Shown piece after piece: positions 1-15,000 of a DNA stretch of 64,000 nucleotides. The DNA is from Rhizaria sp. SCN 62-66. Taxonomy: Eukaryota. Each line of letters begins with the position of its first letter. Positions within the stretch are counted from its first letter, which is position 1. The stretch spans positions 62,001-126,000 of the forward strand of contig MEDY01000012.1 in NCBI GenBank assembly GCA_001724265.1. The letters are read 5' to 3'. Position numbers and translations under genes: made by a program. The notes under the pieces are model-generated. The model saw nothing but the letters and a program-made list of their open reading frames with translations. It was not told where the DNA came from and did not search any database.

Positions 1-1
1 T

Positions 2-3000
2 CTGAACTCATCGTTGTCCGAAACGGACATACCGACACATCACAGTGCGCGGAAGACCGAGGGCGACGCCCATGACCCGTGGTTTGCACTGTCGAACTTC
101 GACGGCCCCGTGATTGCCTCTGTCACTGGCTGGGACACGCTCGCGATGCCCGCGCTCGCCGCGGTGGCGATGCGGCGGCTGGAGCTGCGGCGGCGTGACG
201 CCGAGTACCGCGCTGCGCTGAAGCGGCTGCAGGGGCGGATCGAGCGGGCCGAGCGGCTGCAGGAGCAAAGGGATCAGGGCGAGGATGAGAGCGCGAACGA
301 CGATAATGATCACAATAACGACAATGTCGAACACGACGACCTAAGCAGCGACATCGGCGCACGCGCGTCGAAAAAGAAGAAGTCTAGTTCTGGTCACCAA
401 GTTATCTACGACTCGTCTCTGTCCACTGCGACGCATTGGTTGCACTGGCTCGCGGCCGACACCTCCCTCCCCCCTGGGCCGTCGCCGCTGTCTCCCCACG
501 CGCGCCCCGTGCACCCCCGCGTTCTGAGCGTCTTCGGCTCTTACGGCGTCCCCGCGGCGTACTCGGCCCCCGTGCTCAACACCGTCGCCGCGCCCGCGCT
601 CTCGGAACAGCCCTCGATCGCGGGCTTCTTCGCGCTTCTCGCCGCGCCCTCGGCCGTGGTGGCGCCGCTGCTGGGCGTGCCCGCCGTGCCGGCCGTGCTG
701 CGCGGCGGGCTAGGCGACGCGCGCGCGTGGCAGCGCGCGGGCGAGAGCGCGCTGCGCACCAAGACGCTGCGCGACTGGACGCGGCCCGCGTTGTCGAGGC
801 TGGTACAGACCAACACTATGTTCAACGTGCAGAGCCAGCGCTGGCAGCAGCTGCAGGGCATCGAACGCGACCTGAGCGCGGAAATCGCGCAGGATAAACT
901 CAACGGCCTCCACGGCGACGGCGACATCACCGACGACGACGGCAGTCTCGCGGCGGCCGCGGCCACGGCGGCTGAGGTGTTCTCCACCCCCAGCGCAGTC
1001 CCCATGCGGGCGCTGGCAGCCTACGCGGAGGCCGTGACGCACTTGCCGCCGCCCATCATGCGGACGCTGCGGCAGCGGCTGACGATCGAGTCATCCGTCG
1101 GGCCCGCGCGCGCCGCCGCGGCCGCTTCGGCTGCTGCTACCGCGGCGCTGGCCGCTGCTGAGGCCGCTGCGGCCGCGACAGCAGTAACGTCGAACAAGAA
1201 CGACACCATGCCCGCCGACCCTGCGGCCGCGTCCGCAGCCGCTGCAGCTGCAGCCGCCGCCACAGCTGCTTCGGCCTTCGCCGCCGCGGTTGGTGGCTCT
1301 TTGCAGCAGGCCTACAGCATGCCGCAGTCCAAAGCTGCTGCGCTCTTGTCTCTGTCTTCGACTCCCGGCGCCTCCGCGGCCGCGCGCGCGCTCGAGGACA
1401 TGCCGGGGCGTCGGCAACACGAGCTTGCGGAGGCGAAGATCGAGGCGACCCGCAACACGCAACGCGCGAACCATGCCAAGGCGCTTGCTGCAAAGCTCGA
1501 AGAGGAGGCGAAGCAGGCGGCCGCGGACGTCGAAGCTGCCAAGGCTGCGCTTGCCGCCGCATTGTCGGCTGCGAGGGCCGATGTAGCAGCGTTGACTCAG
1601 GCCGCGGCAGCCAAGAAGACCTCGAACAAGTTAAACGCTGCTGCTATCGACGCTGAGGCCGACGTCGAGACTGAGGCAGATGCCGAGGCAGAGGCTGAAG
1701 CAGAGGCTGAGGCTGAAGCAGAGGCAGAGGCTGAAGCAGAGGCAGAGGCTGAGGCTGAGGCAGCTGCTGCGGCCGCGGATGCGCCTGCTTCTGCGGCGAC
1801 TGTTGCTTCTGCAGACCTTGTGGCGCCAGTCGTCGGTCTCACCGCTGACAGCCACAACCCTCACAGCCGGGCGCCCCCCGTTCTATCTCGCGAAGACGCG
1901 TTTACCGACGCCGCCGCCGTGCCCCTGCACGCGCTGTCCTCTCCCGCACCCGACGCCGCTGGCGATGATGCCTGCAGCAGTCAGAGTGGCACAGGCAAGG
2001 CTGCATATGTCAGTTGGCGCAAGCGCGATCTTTTCACACCAAAGACGGCGATGCTGACCGACGGCGGCGTGGTGCGCACTCTTGCGGCCGACACCGCGGC
2101 GCGCGCGCGCGCTGAAGCGTTGGCTGCGGCCAAGTTGCGACTCCAGTCTCGTTCTAAGGTTCTGCGGAAAGAGTATTCGGCTGTGATCAAGAATGAAAAG
2201 CTCGCCAAATTAGCAGTTAAACCAACGCCTGAGCCGACTGAAGAGACCGTCGTGCTTGCGAAGGCTGAACGTGAAGCGCTGGTTGCCGCAGTGCAGATTG
2301 CCAAGCAAAAGGCGAAGGCTGCGCGCGCCCAGCGGCTTGATGCCGAGTCCAAGGCGACGGTGGCAGCGGAGTCGTCTCAAAAGGCGCGCCTTGCGCGGGC
2401 CATGGCGAAGGAAGAACTTGCGAGCATTGCCGCCTCAAAGGCTGCTGTGACCGCCAACGCGACGGTCGCCGCTAATGCCGCCAAGGCGGCTGCTAACATG
2501 GCTGAAAACGCGTACAATCGCTTCAGCGCTACCAAGAGTCACACCGCTGCCAATGCGTTCGGTCGCCTCCAGGATCTCGATGCTGAGCCTGCTGCTGGTC
2601 CGAACACTGGTGACGAGCGGGGTCACTTTTCGCTCGCGCGCCACTTCCCGACCCCTGTTGACTCTGCAGATGTCGCTGCTGTCGCAACTGCTCATGCTGG
2701 ACCTGCGTCTGCCGCTGCGGCCGCAGCTGCCGCCGCAGTGGCTTCCGGTACGAATGCCGATCTGTCGATCACTTACTACTCTGCGCCGGGATCGCGGGTG
2801 CCTCAACACAGCGCGTCAGCGCCTGTTCCGCGCGGCGACACGAGCGGCTGGGCTGACGGCGGCACCTCGGGCGTCGCGTCCACCAAGGTTTATGCCGAGT
2901 TCTCCAAAATGTTGCAGAGGATCTCCCCTAGTCCTGGTGCCAGCGTCATGACGCTTGAGCAGGCCGATTCGACGGCGACGTCGCTCGAGGAGCTCGACGC

Positions 3001-6000
3001 GGCGCGCTCGCGTGTCGCACGCAGTGCCGAGCGGGCGACTCGCGCCGCCGCAGCAGAGGCCGCCGCGGACGCTGCTATCGCTGTGATGTCAGACTATCAC
3101 GACTTTGTGGATGACGGCGCTGATGAGTTCTACGAGGCCAAGGCCGCCAGCACGACTCTTGCCGGTCGGCGTGCGGCTGCTCACGCTGCCAATGCTCGTT
3201 CTAAGACTGGTGTCAGCTCGAAATCAGGCTCGGCGGCGGCGGCGCAGTACGCACTCCTGCAGGCCAGCGCACCATCGTCCATTGCTGCAACCGCTGCGGC
3301 AACCGCTGCTGCCGCTGCCGCAGCCGCCGCTGCAGCAGCCGCTGCGGCTGACGCTGCGGTGGCTGCTGGGGCTGTTCCGTCGCCACCATCCGACATCGGC
3401 ACTCAAAGGCGGCGGAAAATGTCAAAGAAAGACACGGAAAAGGAACATTCGATGGCCACGCAGATTGTCGACGCAAATTCGATCGACAACAACGATACCA
3501 ACGGCAACGAGCTTGAAGCCGATGCTGACCTTAATGCTGACGAAAGTGGGGATAAAGACAGTAGCGGAAGCTTTGGCGGCACTGGCAGTCGCGGCATGGG
3601 CTTTGGCTCAGGCAGCAGGCCTCTGTACGCGATGTCAGGATCTGCTGCCCGTCGCTCCGCTTCTCCGCTCGATAATGATCACTCGAATGCAGCAGATTCC
3701 AGCGGCAGTACTAACAACGGTGCACTGGACTCCGCTGAACAAACATTCCTTTCGTCTGCAGACACTGCAGCGGCGGCCTTGCGAATGGCGAACTCGGTGC
3801 ACAAGAGTATCAATGCCGGCCAGGCGCAGAGCACGGCCGCATTCGACTTGTTAGTCGCAAGTTCTATCGATGCCAAGTCGGTCGAGACCACTGCTGGGCT
3901 GGCTCGCACCGCGTCGACCGCGGTAGAGCCTGCGTTTTCACGCAAAGGTCACAATAACGATTCTGTTACATCGGACTCAGCGTCGTCTACGTCTGCGACT
4001 GCACAGTCGGCAGCGACTGCCGTTTCGGCTGCACGTGCCTTTGCTCAGCCGCCGCCTGTGCCGCTGCCCGCTGTTTCGAGTATCGATCCCCTTAATGTTA
4101 ACGACCCGGCGTCGTTCGCCGCGTTTCTCCACGCTTCCGGCTTTAACTCGATCTCGGCAATGGCCACCACTCACATCGCGTCCGTGCCTGTCACGCCGTT
4201 TCCACGACCCACGCCACCTGTCTCCCAAACCGACGCGGAGCAAAACCCGAGGGCAGCTGCTGTGGCTGCTGCTGTGTCCGCAGCCAATCGCGCTGCAGCC
4301 GCTGCGAACGTTGCCACAGCCGCGTCCGCTGGGTTGACGTTTTCGGCCATGGGCACCGCGGGCATGCCGCGCGCGCTCTACACGTTCCGCGATGCTATTC
4401 GCCCAGGGCTCGCGCTTCCCCCGGCGCACACGCTCGTGGAGGACCTGGCTGCCACACTGCCGTCTTCAGACGACAAGGCTGACAAAGCCGACAGCAACAT
4501 TTCGCATGCCGAGACTGATGCTGCCGGAGCCCAACGAGAGGCGGAAGATAAGGCGAAGGCTGAGGCTGCAGCTGACGCTGAGGCGGGCACTTCCGTGATG
4601 TCGCCGCCGCCGCTCGACGTCGGCTGGGGCTGGGGCCTGCTTGCAGGTTTGCACGCGGCGCGTAACAGGCTGTACGGTGTCACGCCCGCAGACGCCGCGG
4701 CCACTGCCAGGCAGCAGCTCTCGACAGGCTCGAATGTGCCTGACGCGAACTCTAAGGACGTCTCAAGCACTGGCGCCAACACATGTTCGGGTACAGAGAG
4801 CAGCGACACGTCTACGGCCGACAGTGCTGCGCCACAGTCGGGTCGTGTCGGTTTGGATGCGCTCGAGATGGCAGATACCGTGCGCGCTGTGCTGGGCGGC
4901 GATGCGCTGGCGGCTGCTGGTATCGTCACACCCTCGCTCGCCAAGCTTTACTTCTCGGGCGCGCTATTCGACAGGGCGCAGCAACAGCAACAGCAACAGG
5001 AGCATTCGCAACACCAGCAACAGCCAAGCCCGGGTGCTGGAGCCATCGCAAGCGCCACAGGGAGTGCTCTTTCAAGTGAGGATCTCAAGTTAGATTCTCT
5101 TTTGAACACTGCTTTTGCGCTCTCACCACTTCACTCACGTGCTGCAGATCTTTTTGCTGCCGCGGGCGCGTCGCAACTGCCGTCGTTTGGACCTGCGCCC
5201 GAGACGTCAGCCGCTGTTAAGCTTCTCCCGCTCCCGCTCCCTAATCCCATCGCTACCGCCAACGAGAGCACACATCAGTCACACACGAGCTCAACTATTT
5301 CTGCTTCTGATGATGCTGCTGCTATGCTTGAACGTGCGCTGGTGAGTTCGATGGCAACACGGAAGGCAATGACAGTCGCACCTTTGCACGCTCTGAGCCG
5401 TGGCCGTGCAAACATTTTCGTTCAGGACGATGATCGCTCGGCATCTAAGGTCGGCGCGCTACACGTCTTAGCTGCCGCCTGGGCTGCTGCGGCGGGTCGG
5501 TGGGCGCGCGCGAAGCCATTGTTCGTGCCTTTGGCCACGGATGAGAGCGAAGACGCGTATGAGCCGCTCTCACTGAGTCACAATAACGACCACAAGTCAG
5601 CTGTTGAGACCGCGCAAATGTTTTCTATGTTCGAAGAGCTCAGTTTGACATCTACGACGAGCTTTTACTCATTTGCCAACACCATCCCTGGCCACGCCCA
5701 CACGGCCGCGCTTGGCCTGCTGTTTCGGACACCAATGGTTCTTAATCTGAGCCTCGAGGGCAAGATCATCCCCCGCGCTGCGCTTGATCTCGCGCTTGCT
5801 AGCGGCGTCTTTCACCGTCTCCGCGCGCGCCGCTCTGCGGTCGCGACCATGGCCGCCGCAGTGATTGCTCCGAACGGCACCAATGTCAGCAATAGCGGAA
5901 GCGCTGGCGCAGCTGGCAGCGCGAATGCTGGTGTGAAAGCGACACCACGTGCGCGCGCCGAAGCCGCTGCCACCACGTTCAACTCCTTGTCCGCGGCCAC

Positions 6001-9000
6001 ATCCCCTGTGGCAGTTCTCGCCCCCGCAGCGTTTGACGCCCTAGGTCTGTCCGCGCTTGTTCGCAGCGATGGAAGCTCTGCGGACGCGGTGCTCTGGTCT
6101 CACAGCGACAACCTTGAAGAAATGCTTGTAGGTGGTGACACGGGCGCTGTGTTGGCGCCTAACGTGCGCCCCCGCGGCAGGCCATCGCTGCTGCTGGTTT
6201 TCACTGGTAGCGAGACGCAGCAAGATACCATTGACCCGTCTGCCGCTACAGAGGCGCTGGTGACCGCGTTTACCGATACTGGTGCCGCTGCGGACGCATT
6301 CTCTGCTTTTTCCGGGACTTCTAGCACAAACCATGCCCCTGGTGCTGGGACCGGCACTATGGCAGGAACTATGGCAGGAAGTGGAGTTGTGGGCCCACGC
6401 AAGTTACCACGCTTTGTGCGCGTGCGCATCAACAAACCGCTTTGGCTTCCGAGTTCGAAACCTCAGATCTATGGCGCAAGGTGGTCACCCACTGCTCCAC
6501 GAGCGGTGAGGACTGCGCGAAAGAACGAGCGCCGGCTGTTGCGTCCCTCTTCTTCAACGTCGCCATATGCCTACCCGTCGTCAACGCCGTCGTCATCAGC
6601 CTTATCAGTGTCATCGCGCGGTAGCGGACTTGGTCCCGTTGCGAGCCGTGTTTCGCTAACCCACGAGGACGACGATGGCGACCAAGGGCTTCACACGGAC
6701 CGTGACCGTGATGTTTCTGACGATGAAGGTTTCTTCGACCGCGACGATGTCGTTGCAGACAACGAGATCGTGGAGGACGATGACGAAGACGCGGTCACAG
6801 CGGCTCTCCTGCGCGAGACCGCGGCTTACAGCTCTGGTGATCTCATCAAGAACAAGGATGGCCGCCGTGACGAGAGGTCAGGCGAGGAAGATGATGACGA
6901 GATTGATGTTTCGCACGTCGACCACGACGCCGATTCTCTGGTCAGCCCTCGGGCTAGCAAGCGCAAGGGCAAGAAGAGTGCCGCATTCCTTAGTGCGACT
7001 GAGAGTACGAGTACTGTCGTCAGTGTCTCAAAGCGCCGTCCACTCCCGTCACGCAGCCGCACTGCGTATGTCCCATACTACCACGCGCCTAAAAATCCTG
7101 CATTGTTGATGTTCGATGTTTGGTTTGACCAGCAAACCTTGTTCGATGCTGTTTCGGTTGAGAACGCTGCAATCGCTGCCGCTAACGCGGCGGATGAATC
7201 TGCAGCGGAGATTAGGGCCAGTATCTCACTCATGAACGACACGTCCACTGCTGGCGGCACACCTGGCGTGTCATCTCCCTCTGACACAATCCCCGACATG
7301 GGGGCGCTATTGGAGGCCTATGGCGTGCGCGCTCCCACGACTCCGCTGCGCCCTCAGCTTGTCACGCGATCTGTGTGCTCTTGGTTTCCTTCGATTTCGC
7401 ACGTGCTGGCCGTTGAGAATAAGCTCGGCGTGCAGCGCCGGTCTCGTCTGCGTGTGGGCGACGTCGATGCCGCTCTCACCACCCTTGCTGCGCGCTCTGC
7501 AGCGGCGACCGCGGCGGCCGAGCGGGCTGCAGGCGACGTCGGCGACGACGGAGAGCCCATCTCGTGGACTGGCCCGGCGACGGGTGTGCGCGCCGCCGTG
7601 TGGTCTGGCCCGCGCCGGACTGTCAGGGCGCGCATGGACGAAGATGAAGGGCTTGACGCTACCGCAACTGCCATCTCCAGAATGATGCGGCGCCAGAACC
7701 TGATGCGTCTGCAACTTGATGACGAGCACAAAAGCACGACGCACACCGGCTCTGATGACGTGTTTAGCGTGAAACACACAATCAACGTTCTTGCCCCGGA
7801 GCTTCGCGATACGATTCTGACCCACCTGGGATTCTCTGCAAGCGACAGCGATAAACCGCGCAATCGGTTCGCCACTGCCGTGTCTCTCGATTCTGCGGAC
7901 TCTGCATCCATGAGTAGGAGCACAAAGTCACCGCGTCCTCGTTTGCGTTTGACTCCTGACGCGAGCCCATTCGCCACGACCCCTGCGAGTCGTGGTTCAA
8001 GCTCAGGTGCGGGTGTGAACCCAGGTTCAGGCCGTGTCGTCGAGACAAGCTACACTGAGACTGAGACTGAGCTTGAGCTCCCGATGAACTCGCGCAGCAG
8101 CAGTAGCAAACAGACCACTCGCAATAACACCTCAAGCAATGCGAGCCTCCGCGTTGGTTTCGGCGCCAGTGTCGGCGGCAATGCTACCGGCAACACCACG
8201 GACACTCATCCAAACTCGGCGAGTGCAATGGACAATGATGTTGTGACTGAGGTGTACACGCTTAGTCTCAATGAAACCGATCGCAGTGACGCTGTTTTCT
8301 CATCTGCGTCGCTGTCGCCTTCCGATGCCGCTGCTGATGTTGCCTCTAACCAACCCTTCACTGGTCGCTCCAGCGTTGCAGAAGAGGCTGTCGCGGCGGC
8401 CGCGACCAATATATCATATGCGCAGCAGCGTCGCACAATGAACATGCAACAGGCTGAAAATGAGGCTAACGCCACGCAGATGCACCGTGACAATAGTGGC
8501 AACTGGCGCATGTCTGGCTCAAAGCATCACCGTCGCCGTGACAGCGACGACCACGACTCCAGCCGTCATGCTGATGTTGACACTGACGGCAGTGACGTTG
8601 TTGACATCGCGTCCGTCACCAACGCGTACGCGCTTGATCCGTCCTTATATCCAGATGCTGAGCTCTGGGTCGAGGATCCTGAAGCCAAGGCGGCCGCTGC
8701 GGCCGAGCACGCTGCTGCCACCCAGGCGCGCAAGGCGGCGGAGGCTGAGTCCGCCGCCAAGGCTGCGGCGGAGGCGGCGGCCAAGGCGCGCTCTGCGCTC
8801 ACCCCGCTGCTTGCGCTCCCTGACAACCCAACATGGACTTCTCCCTCGTATTTTTCACTCCCATTGCCAGGATCATCCGATTCAACCTTGCCTTCCAGCT
8901 CTGCGCAGCGGAGTGCGGCTGCAGTGACGCCGGAGATGGGGGCGCGAAACGCGCAGGCGTGGGCGTATCGTCTCCAGTTTCCGGAGCTTTTTGCGCCTGT

Positions 9001-12000
9001 CATTGCGTCGATGACGTTCTTGCCGCAGTTCCAGCCCGGTGCACAGTTGGGATCGCGCCGGCTCGCGGCAGCGTACAAAGACCCGGCTGCAGCGGTCGCT
9101 AGCGCGGCTGCCGCCGTGCTCTCGCGCGGCGGGCGGCGCCTCACGGTTGCACAGGCGACGTCTGCGATGCTGGTGTCGCGACCGGATCCTGCACTGGCGC
9201 TCCAACCGCTTTCGCGCGACGCCGCGTACGCCAACGCGGTTGCGGTCGATGGTGCGCGACCGTTCGAGTCAGTTGCAATGCCGGATCTCGAGCCGCCGCG
9301 CGACCGTGCCCAGCTCTGGTCTGCAGTGTTTACACACCCCTCAGCCACCACCACTGCTACACACTCATCTAGCTCTGTGCCGACGGCGACTGAGCTGAGG
9401 ATGTCCGCGACCGCTACGACGACACTGTCTGCGACCTCGTCTATCGCAGCGATCGCGGCATCTATGGAGCCTGTGTGCGACCTCGCCGTGTCGTCGCTGC
9501 CGCACCGCGCGATGTGGGCGCCACAGACGCTGTCCGCTGCTGAGAAGCTCTGGCTCCGGACGCGCTCGGGCGACGACACGGCCTCAGTCATTGCCGCAGC
9601 CGCCGAGAACGCTGCCGCTGCTGCAGCCAACGCACTGCAGAACGAGGTTGCTGCGACTGCCGCGGCCGTGGAGGCCACAAACGCCGCACAGATGGCGATC
9701 TGGCGCGCTCGACTGCGTGCGGTGACGACCAATATTTATCAGCAGCGGTGTACTGTGATGTACCAAACATCTTCGCGCCTGCAGCCGACGCCAGCGATGA
9801 TGCAGATGTTCCGCGACTGCGGGCTAGCGACGCGGTTCGAGGCTGTTTCGACCGCAGAATCTACGCTTTCTGAATTCCGCCACAAGCCGACGGGCGATGA
9901 GCTGGTAAACCTTGACCGCAGGCTGACGCTCAAAGATCACGTCTGGGGTCAGACAGGTGTGAACTTTTCGCCGCACAAGTACATGCGTGCATCTGAGTTT
10001 GAAGAAGCGAAGAGGTCAGGATTGATCCCGCCGCTAAAGCCGTATATTCGGGGTATCTCGGGCCGAAAGACGCGCGAACAGGCCGCAGCAGCTGCCAAAG
10101 CCGTCGTTGACGCGGCCGCAGCGGCGAACGGTGACACAAGTAACACCCAGACCAAGGGCGCTAGGAGCTACTTACTTGACTTTGCTGAAGCTGAGATCGT
10201 TGATCCCGAAACTAAGACGAATAACGACAACAGTGACGACAACAGTGATGACGCAGAGCTTGATACAAAGCCGAAGCGCCCCGTCAAGTACTTTGTACCG
10301 TTGACGCCGGACACGTACCGCAAACCGGCGGCACTTGCGCGTGAAAAGGCACTCAAGATCGCGCAAACGTCCCAGTTTCCCGTGCTGCCATTCACGCGCA
10401 TTGTCGTGACAGATACGGGCGTCACGATTCCGCAATCTCCAGTCGCCAGTATGGCCATGCTGCCCCTGTCTGACCAGCGTGTTATTCTGCAGTTGTGGTG
10501 GCGTCGCAACGTGCCGTTCATGCCTTCGACTGTGTACAACTCGGGTGTCTACATCCCCCCCGCAGCCGATGCGTTCACGCACGTTGTCGCACTGCTGAGG
10601 CGCGTGATTGCTGACGGTGGCATCAAGCCCGTGCTTCGCGTGACTGGTGACGCGCTGCTCGGTCTCGCCCCGTCTTTCATGGTGAACGACTCAGTGCCTC
10701 GCTCAGATCGTGGTGCATACCGCGCGCTGATCCAGTACGTGAGCGAGCCCTTCACGGGCGACGGCCGGCCGGTCAACTACCTCCAGTCGGGACTCGCGGC
10801 AACCACGGCGTATCGTCGGTGGCTCCGCTTGCACCGGTTCACTGCTCCTGACGACACGGGAGAGATTTTGCAGCCGCGCTTCAACTCTGGCATCGCGCTC
10901 AACAGCTCTTTGTACCACACATACGGGGACGATTTTGACCCTGACATGGAAGGCACAGAAAGTGAGTACGATATCTCGGACAACACCGACGCCATCGCCC
11001 GTGCCGGTGCGACCGCGCGCGCGAGCGCGGACGCGCGCGCGAGCTCCACAGACGCCGCGGAGACCGCGGGTGCCGTCGCTTCAGTTGAGGCCGTGTGTGA
11101 GGCGGCATCGGAGGCCGCCGGCGACGCCTACGGTGAGGTAACTCGCGCGTCATGCCGTGCCGCGAACGTGGCGGCGTTTAGCGGTGACATCGAACATTTC
11201 TCCGCGCCTTTTGCTGAAGCTGGCGACGACGACTGTTACATTGTCGGTGCCTCCCCACTCAGCACGCTGCCCGGCATCGATGTGGTTTGCGACCCGTCAC
11301 GCTCGCTCGCGCCGATGTACGCGTTCGCACCGCTGCTGCCGCCACTGCTGCGCCAGACACCCGCAGGGGCTCTCGATGTTTCCCCATTGGCAACGGCCAC
11401 AGCCACCGAGCGTGCCACGAAGGCGGCGCTGACTAAAGCTGTGCAGGAAGACTTAGAGTCCAAGAGTAAAGTTGAGACGGCCGCCGAGACGACTGATAGG
11501 TATGCAGCTGCTGCCGCTGCAGCTGCTGCGGCTGCGAGCGCTTCACCCTCTTCATCGACTGATAAAGCTGTTGCTGCTGGCATTGCAGCCGCGACCGCTG
11601 CTGCCGTCGCCGCGACTGCACAAGCTCACGCAGCTTCGCTAGAAGTGTTGCAGCGCGTCGAACGCATGCGTGCGTAGCAAGAGGGCCCGTCCACACCGCG
11701 TGAGATCATGGCTGCAATCCGTGCCGCCGCCGAGACGCTGGCGTGCCTTGAGCGCCATGCACACTCACTTGAGTTCACGGACAGCTTCACGCGCACCGCG
11801 TTTACTAGCGTTGACGAAGCAACCGACGGCGTGCGACGCCGCGCGCGCCACACAGTTCCTTCAGTGTCTCCGTTCCTGGAGTACGAGCGCCGCGCTCTGC
11901 AGAGCGAGTACGAGTCCGCGCGCGCACAGCTTGCGTTGCGCGCGAATGAGATTGGTTTGTCGGAGAGCATGGCTGCGCTCGTCGCGCCTCACGACTCCGT

Positions 12001-15000
12001 TCACCGGTTCATGATGTGCACGCCGCCACATTCTTCTCTTGAGAACGAGTTGGGCTTGCACGCTGACTCGACAGCGTTCAACTACATCAACAATGCGAAC
12101 GCAGGCCCGAACGAAGAGAAGAGTGCGAGCGATCTGAACAAGCTTCGCGATAATAAGCGCCGTGGTGACGATTCAATGACATGCGAGTCGGCACTGACAA
12201 TGGCAGCGTTGGTGACTGAGCGTGAGCGCAGTTTGACCGGGCTGCACACAGCAGTTACGGAGGCAGCCAGGGCTAACAGCGCAGCGTCGCTCGCTAAGAT
12301 CACAGCTGTGAGTGGGACTGCCAACACGCAAGAATCAACTGAACCTGAGGACGAGCATGACATCAACTGCAGCAACAACATTGCCCAGCAGGATGAGACT
12401 AACCTTGAGAGCGATGTCAACACCAACGATAACGAAGAGCACAGTGAAATCAACCCCAAGGATGAGGCTGATGTCTTTAGCGAGAGTAACATCACTAACG
12501 ATGTTAGCCCTGCTGCTACTGCCAGCACCGAGAGGCAGAAGTACGCGCCCCGCAAGCGGACCACCACTCGCACTCTCCCCCCCGTGAGCGCAGGACACGG
12601 CCGTCCTCGCCTTTACCCGCGCGATCCCGTTGTTCTAGTTGACCGAGTCTCCTCAGAGCCGCTGTGGCGGCAGGCCCAGATCGACGCGTGGGACCGCGGA
12701 TACACCCGCGCGACTCAACGCATCGCTGACAGTTTCCGCTCAAAGATTGGCATCGCAAAGAGCTGGCGCTACCCTAGCACGACAGGCAACTCTGGCTCCT
12801 TTGGCCGTAAGAGGGACACATTATCAACCGAGGACGAGGCGGAGATTGACGAGGCTGACGAAGAAGAATTGGAAGAGAGCATCAACGCAGAAGCATTGCT
12901 TGAGGCACAAGAAGCTGAAGATGAGCTTGCCGCGATTGAGGCCGAGGCTGCCGCCGCTGCTCACGAAGATGCTGAGGATAAGACTGACTCGGACGCGCAC
13001 ACCGAGGGCCAGGCTGCAGCTGAGAAGGGCGACAAGCTCACCCCTGAACAGGCTGCAGCGCGCATGCGACACGACCGCCTAGTGGCTCACCGCGCGCGCG
13101 CCCAAAAGGCGGCTCAGAAGATCAAGTTATTGATTGAGCGCGCTGAGTCCATTCATGGGTCACTGTTTCCTGACATTTCGTACGCGCCAGCTCTGTACTT
13201 CGACACTCTTGCACGCATCTTGCTGAACGTCCCCGTTCTTCCTGCGTCCGTTGACGCCGCATCTGTTTGCGTCTCCGCGGCCGCATCGCGTAATAGCGCA
13301 CTCTTGGCGCTTGAACAGCGTCTATCAAACACCATGACTGAGCTCACGGAAGAGGAGGCCGACGTGCTGCCGTTGCTCGCGTGGGTGAACCAGCAGCGCT
13401 CCCAACTCCGCTTTGTGCTGCGCCGCGGCATTCTGCTTCGCGAGCGCGCGTATGCTGAGATGATTGAACGCTATCGTCTGCACCTGCTGCAAGCCATCGC
13501 GTCAGCATGGGATGCGTACGACCGCCATGTCCGCTACCGCGCACAGCCAAAGCCCCAAGCACAGCCTCCCCAGCCACAAGTACAGCAACCAGTTGCGCAG
13601 TCCCTCCCTGTGAAACACGCGCGTCCAGGCCGGCCGCGCAAGCCTGCACCTGTTGTCTCTGACCAGCCTGAACCGAGGGCAGTGGACCTCCAGTGGGCCG
13701 CGTTCGATGCTCTCGAGTGGCCTTCGTCGACTATTGCCGAGCTCACCGCGCTGACACAGCAGTGGTGTCCCGAGATGCCTGTGCTGGCGCCGAGTGCGTT
13801 GGAGCTGGCGTCGATGGAGCGCGCGCAGGCGGCGCTGGTGTGCCGCGGCGGTGGTGTGGCTGTGGTCCCGGCGCCCATGTCGCTTGCCGCACTCGCCAGT
13901 AGTTCTGCTGCTCTGGAGCGTGTTATTATCCCCTCTGTGCGTGCGTATGTCACTGAGGTTTACGCGAAGTACCATCAGCCGTCGTCTTCATCCACCGCGT
14001 ACGCAGTTGCATTTGCGGGGAAGAGCGCTAACAATGACGACACTGACGACGCGGGGGAGGCCAAGAAGAAGAGGAAGTATACCAAGCGGGGCGATTCATT
14101 GGTGGCAAATATGGAGTCAGACACAATCCCGAGCGCGTATTTGGCTTCGTTGACCACAGCAACCGCTCTCTCGAGCAATGCGACCGCGGCTACGTTCCTT
14201 GCCACTGCACCAGGTCTAGCGTCATTTACGCACCACCAATTGCTCACCCTTGCGACGATCATTACGACAGAGACTTTGCGCTCTGCTGGTATCACGGCTG
14301 CAATCTCAGCAACTGCCCCGTACCTTAAGCAGCCGCAGTCGCGCACAGGCCCGACGCCGGTACTCAACTCCGAAGAGCGCGCACTCATGAGTTCTGCAGT
14401 GGTGCGCTCTGGTGATAAGAAGTTGCGCGCCCTCGTTGAAGCCGCTATCGGTGCGGCTGCCGCGCGGTTAACGTCTCCCCTCGACCCCGCCGTTGCTGCC
14501 CTCGCGTCTTCCGCGGTCGTTGCGACTGCGCACGAGCACGATGCGGCAGCAGCAAAGGAAGGCAATGAAGTTAACACGGCTCTGCTGCGCCTTCTTCCTG
14601 GCGCGAGCGGAGCGCAGGGTGGAGCACACATGAGTATCTGGTTCGACGAGCTGCCGCGCTTTGACATCCGTTCGCCTATCGACGGCGTCGCACTAATTTT
14701 ATCGGGCGTCGGCGCCCCTGCGGTGGTGCCACACTCCACTGCAACGAGCACTGAAGAAAAGATGACGGATGACAACAGCCAACCTGCGCGCGCTGGTGCC
14801 GGTGCGACGAATGTGAATGCTACGACAGTGGCTGCGACTGAAATGCTGCGCGAGCGCGTGAACGCGAGCATCAAGGCCGGTAAGGCTAAGAAGGGCAAGG
14901 GTAAGGGCAATTGGGGTAGCAGCACTTCCGCGGGAACAGATGCAGCAAACAACAGTTCTTCCGCCAACAGTTTCGATACTGCGGTGCAAGCTGAGGCGGC

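Noticed and set aside
11670-11864. GTGCGT donor-like hexamer overlapping the first TAG, with frame-preserving AGs at 11681, 11819, 11855 and 11864
   Set aside because: The segment is GC-rich and reads as normal coding sequence. The only candidate of typical length (150 nt) ends AAG with no pyrimidine tract. Not preferred, but not excluded without RNA data.
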